Shown here piece after piece: positions 63,216 to 64,000 of a stretch of 64,000 bases of DNA; within the stretch, counting starts at the first letter, position 1, and each line of letters starts with the position of its first letter. The notes under the pieces were generated by a model, which saw nothing but the letters and a program-made list of their open reading frames with translations, made no database searches and was not told where the DNA came from. The DNA is taken from NCBI RefSeq assembly GCF_032062105.1, contig NW_026923049.1:1-64000 (forward strand), read 5' to 3'. This DNA comes from Saccostrea cucullata. Lineage: Eukaryota. The position numbers were made by a program, and so were the translations under genes.

Positions 63216-63570
63216 CTTTCTCTTTAAAATAATTATTAAGTATGTCAACCGCTCTTTGCTCGTCCTCATTCAGTTCCCGCGATTGATCTCTCAGGTCCAG
63301 CAATAGATCGATCCCTTTTGTGAAGACATCGTCGAAGTCGATCATGTACAGAGAAGAGCTCCCTGCTGGGCCCACTTTCCTGAAGTCGCACCTGACATCC
63401 GGAAACAAGGCACTCGTACTCGCATTACAGTCTGGTCCAAGTTGCAGAATAGCAAACGCTGGATAAACTAATTGTGTTGATGCTAAATTGAAGACAGTTT
63501 CCCATTCTGGTGACCTGTCATACCTGTTTTGTAGCCTGATCTTTTTCTGTTTTGGCGATTCTGCCGCCAT
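63216..63570 (-). CDS. Duplicated exon 1 of the uncharacterised gene (alternative first exon or truncated paralogue)
   Basis: 63207-64000 copies 54680-~55465; ORF, ATG context and GTATAA donor are intact; two amino-acid changes. Confidence 0.65.
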
Positions 63571-64000
63571 GTTTTTTTCATTGTTGTTAACTCGGCCCAA
63601 AAATTATTCTCGAACATGCATGCAACTGGCCAATCTCTCACAAGAGGGCACGCTCCGCTTACCGTGTTGGAGCGATGAGCGTAAAACGCCCTCTGGTGAG
63701 AGATTGGCAACTGGCATGCATGCATGTTGTGTAGCAAATGCTAGATACTGCATTTCAAAGAATTTTTTTTTTTCATTTTTTTTATGCCTCTAATAGAATT
63801 ACTAGTATGTAGAAAATCATAAAGTATTTCAATGGAATTCTTTGAAATCACAGTCACTTAGTATCGTTTTTGAAAGTGGGGGGGGGGGGGCAACCTGAGA
63901 AAATTATTTTTACTTACCTTAAAAAATTTGTCAAGCAAAAAATAAAAAGAAAAAAAAATAAAAATTGCCCAAACTTGAAAATCCTGTTTCGTAGGGGGTG

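Overview
AT-rich animal genomic DNA, very probably oyster (Ostreidae), judged from the ~166-bp Cg170-like arrays inside non-autonomous Helitron/Helentron elements. (1) The left 26 kb holds a multi-exon MICAL gene on the minus strand (monooxygenase-CH-LIM; 17 coding exons reconstructed with consistent phases, 987 aa to a stop at 2193). It has a probable GC-AG intron, a candidate 30-nt microexon, candidate alternative terminal exons, and an antisense B-box/coiled-coil/NHL (RING-less TRIM-like) gene nested in one intron. (2) A very young full-length Gypsy element lies at 28012-35717 (593-bp LTRs, TTGT TSD, tRNA-Leu PBS, -1 frameshift signal, chromodomain-like integrase tail). In the env position it carries a third ORF with two C2H2 zinc fingers and an acidic region, and the predicted finger target (TGGA core) is repeated in its own U3. 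This suggests a self-encoded transactivator circuit and is the top candidate for a novel system. (3) An uncharacterised, intact 4-exon 417-aa gene lies on the minus strand (55043 to 37429) with PD-(D/E)xK-like motifs. Its third intron has grown from ~0.45 kb to 14.5 kb through nested transposons, and its promoter and first exon are duplicated 8.5 kb upstream. MITEs, minisatellites, a SINE and a LINE fragment fill the rest. All coordinates were read by hand; no database searches were run.
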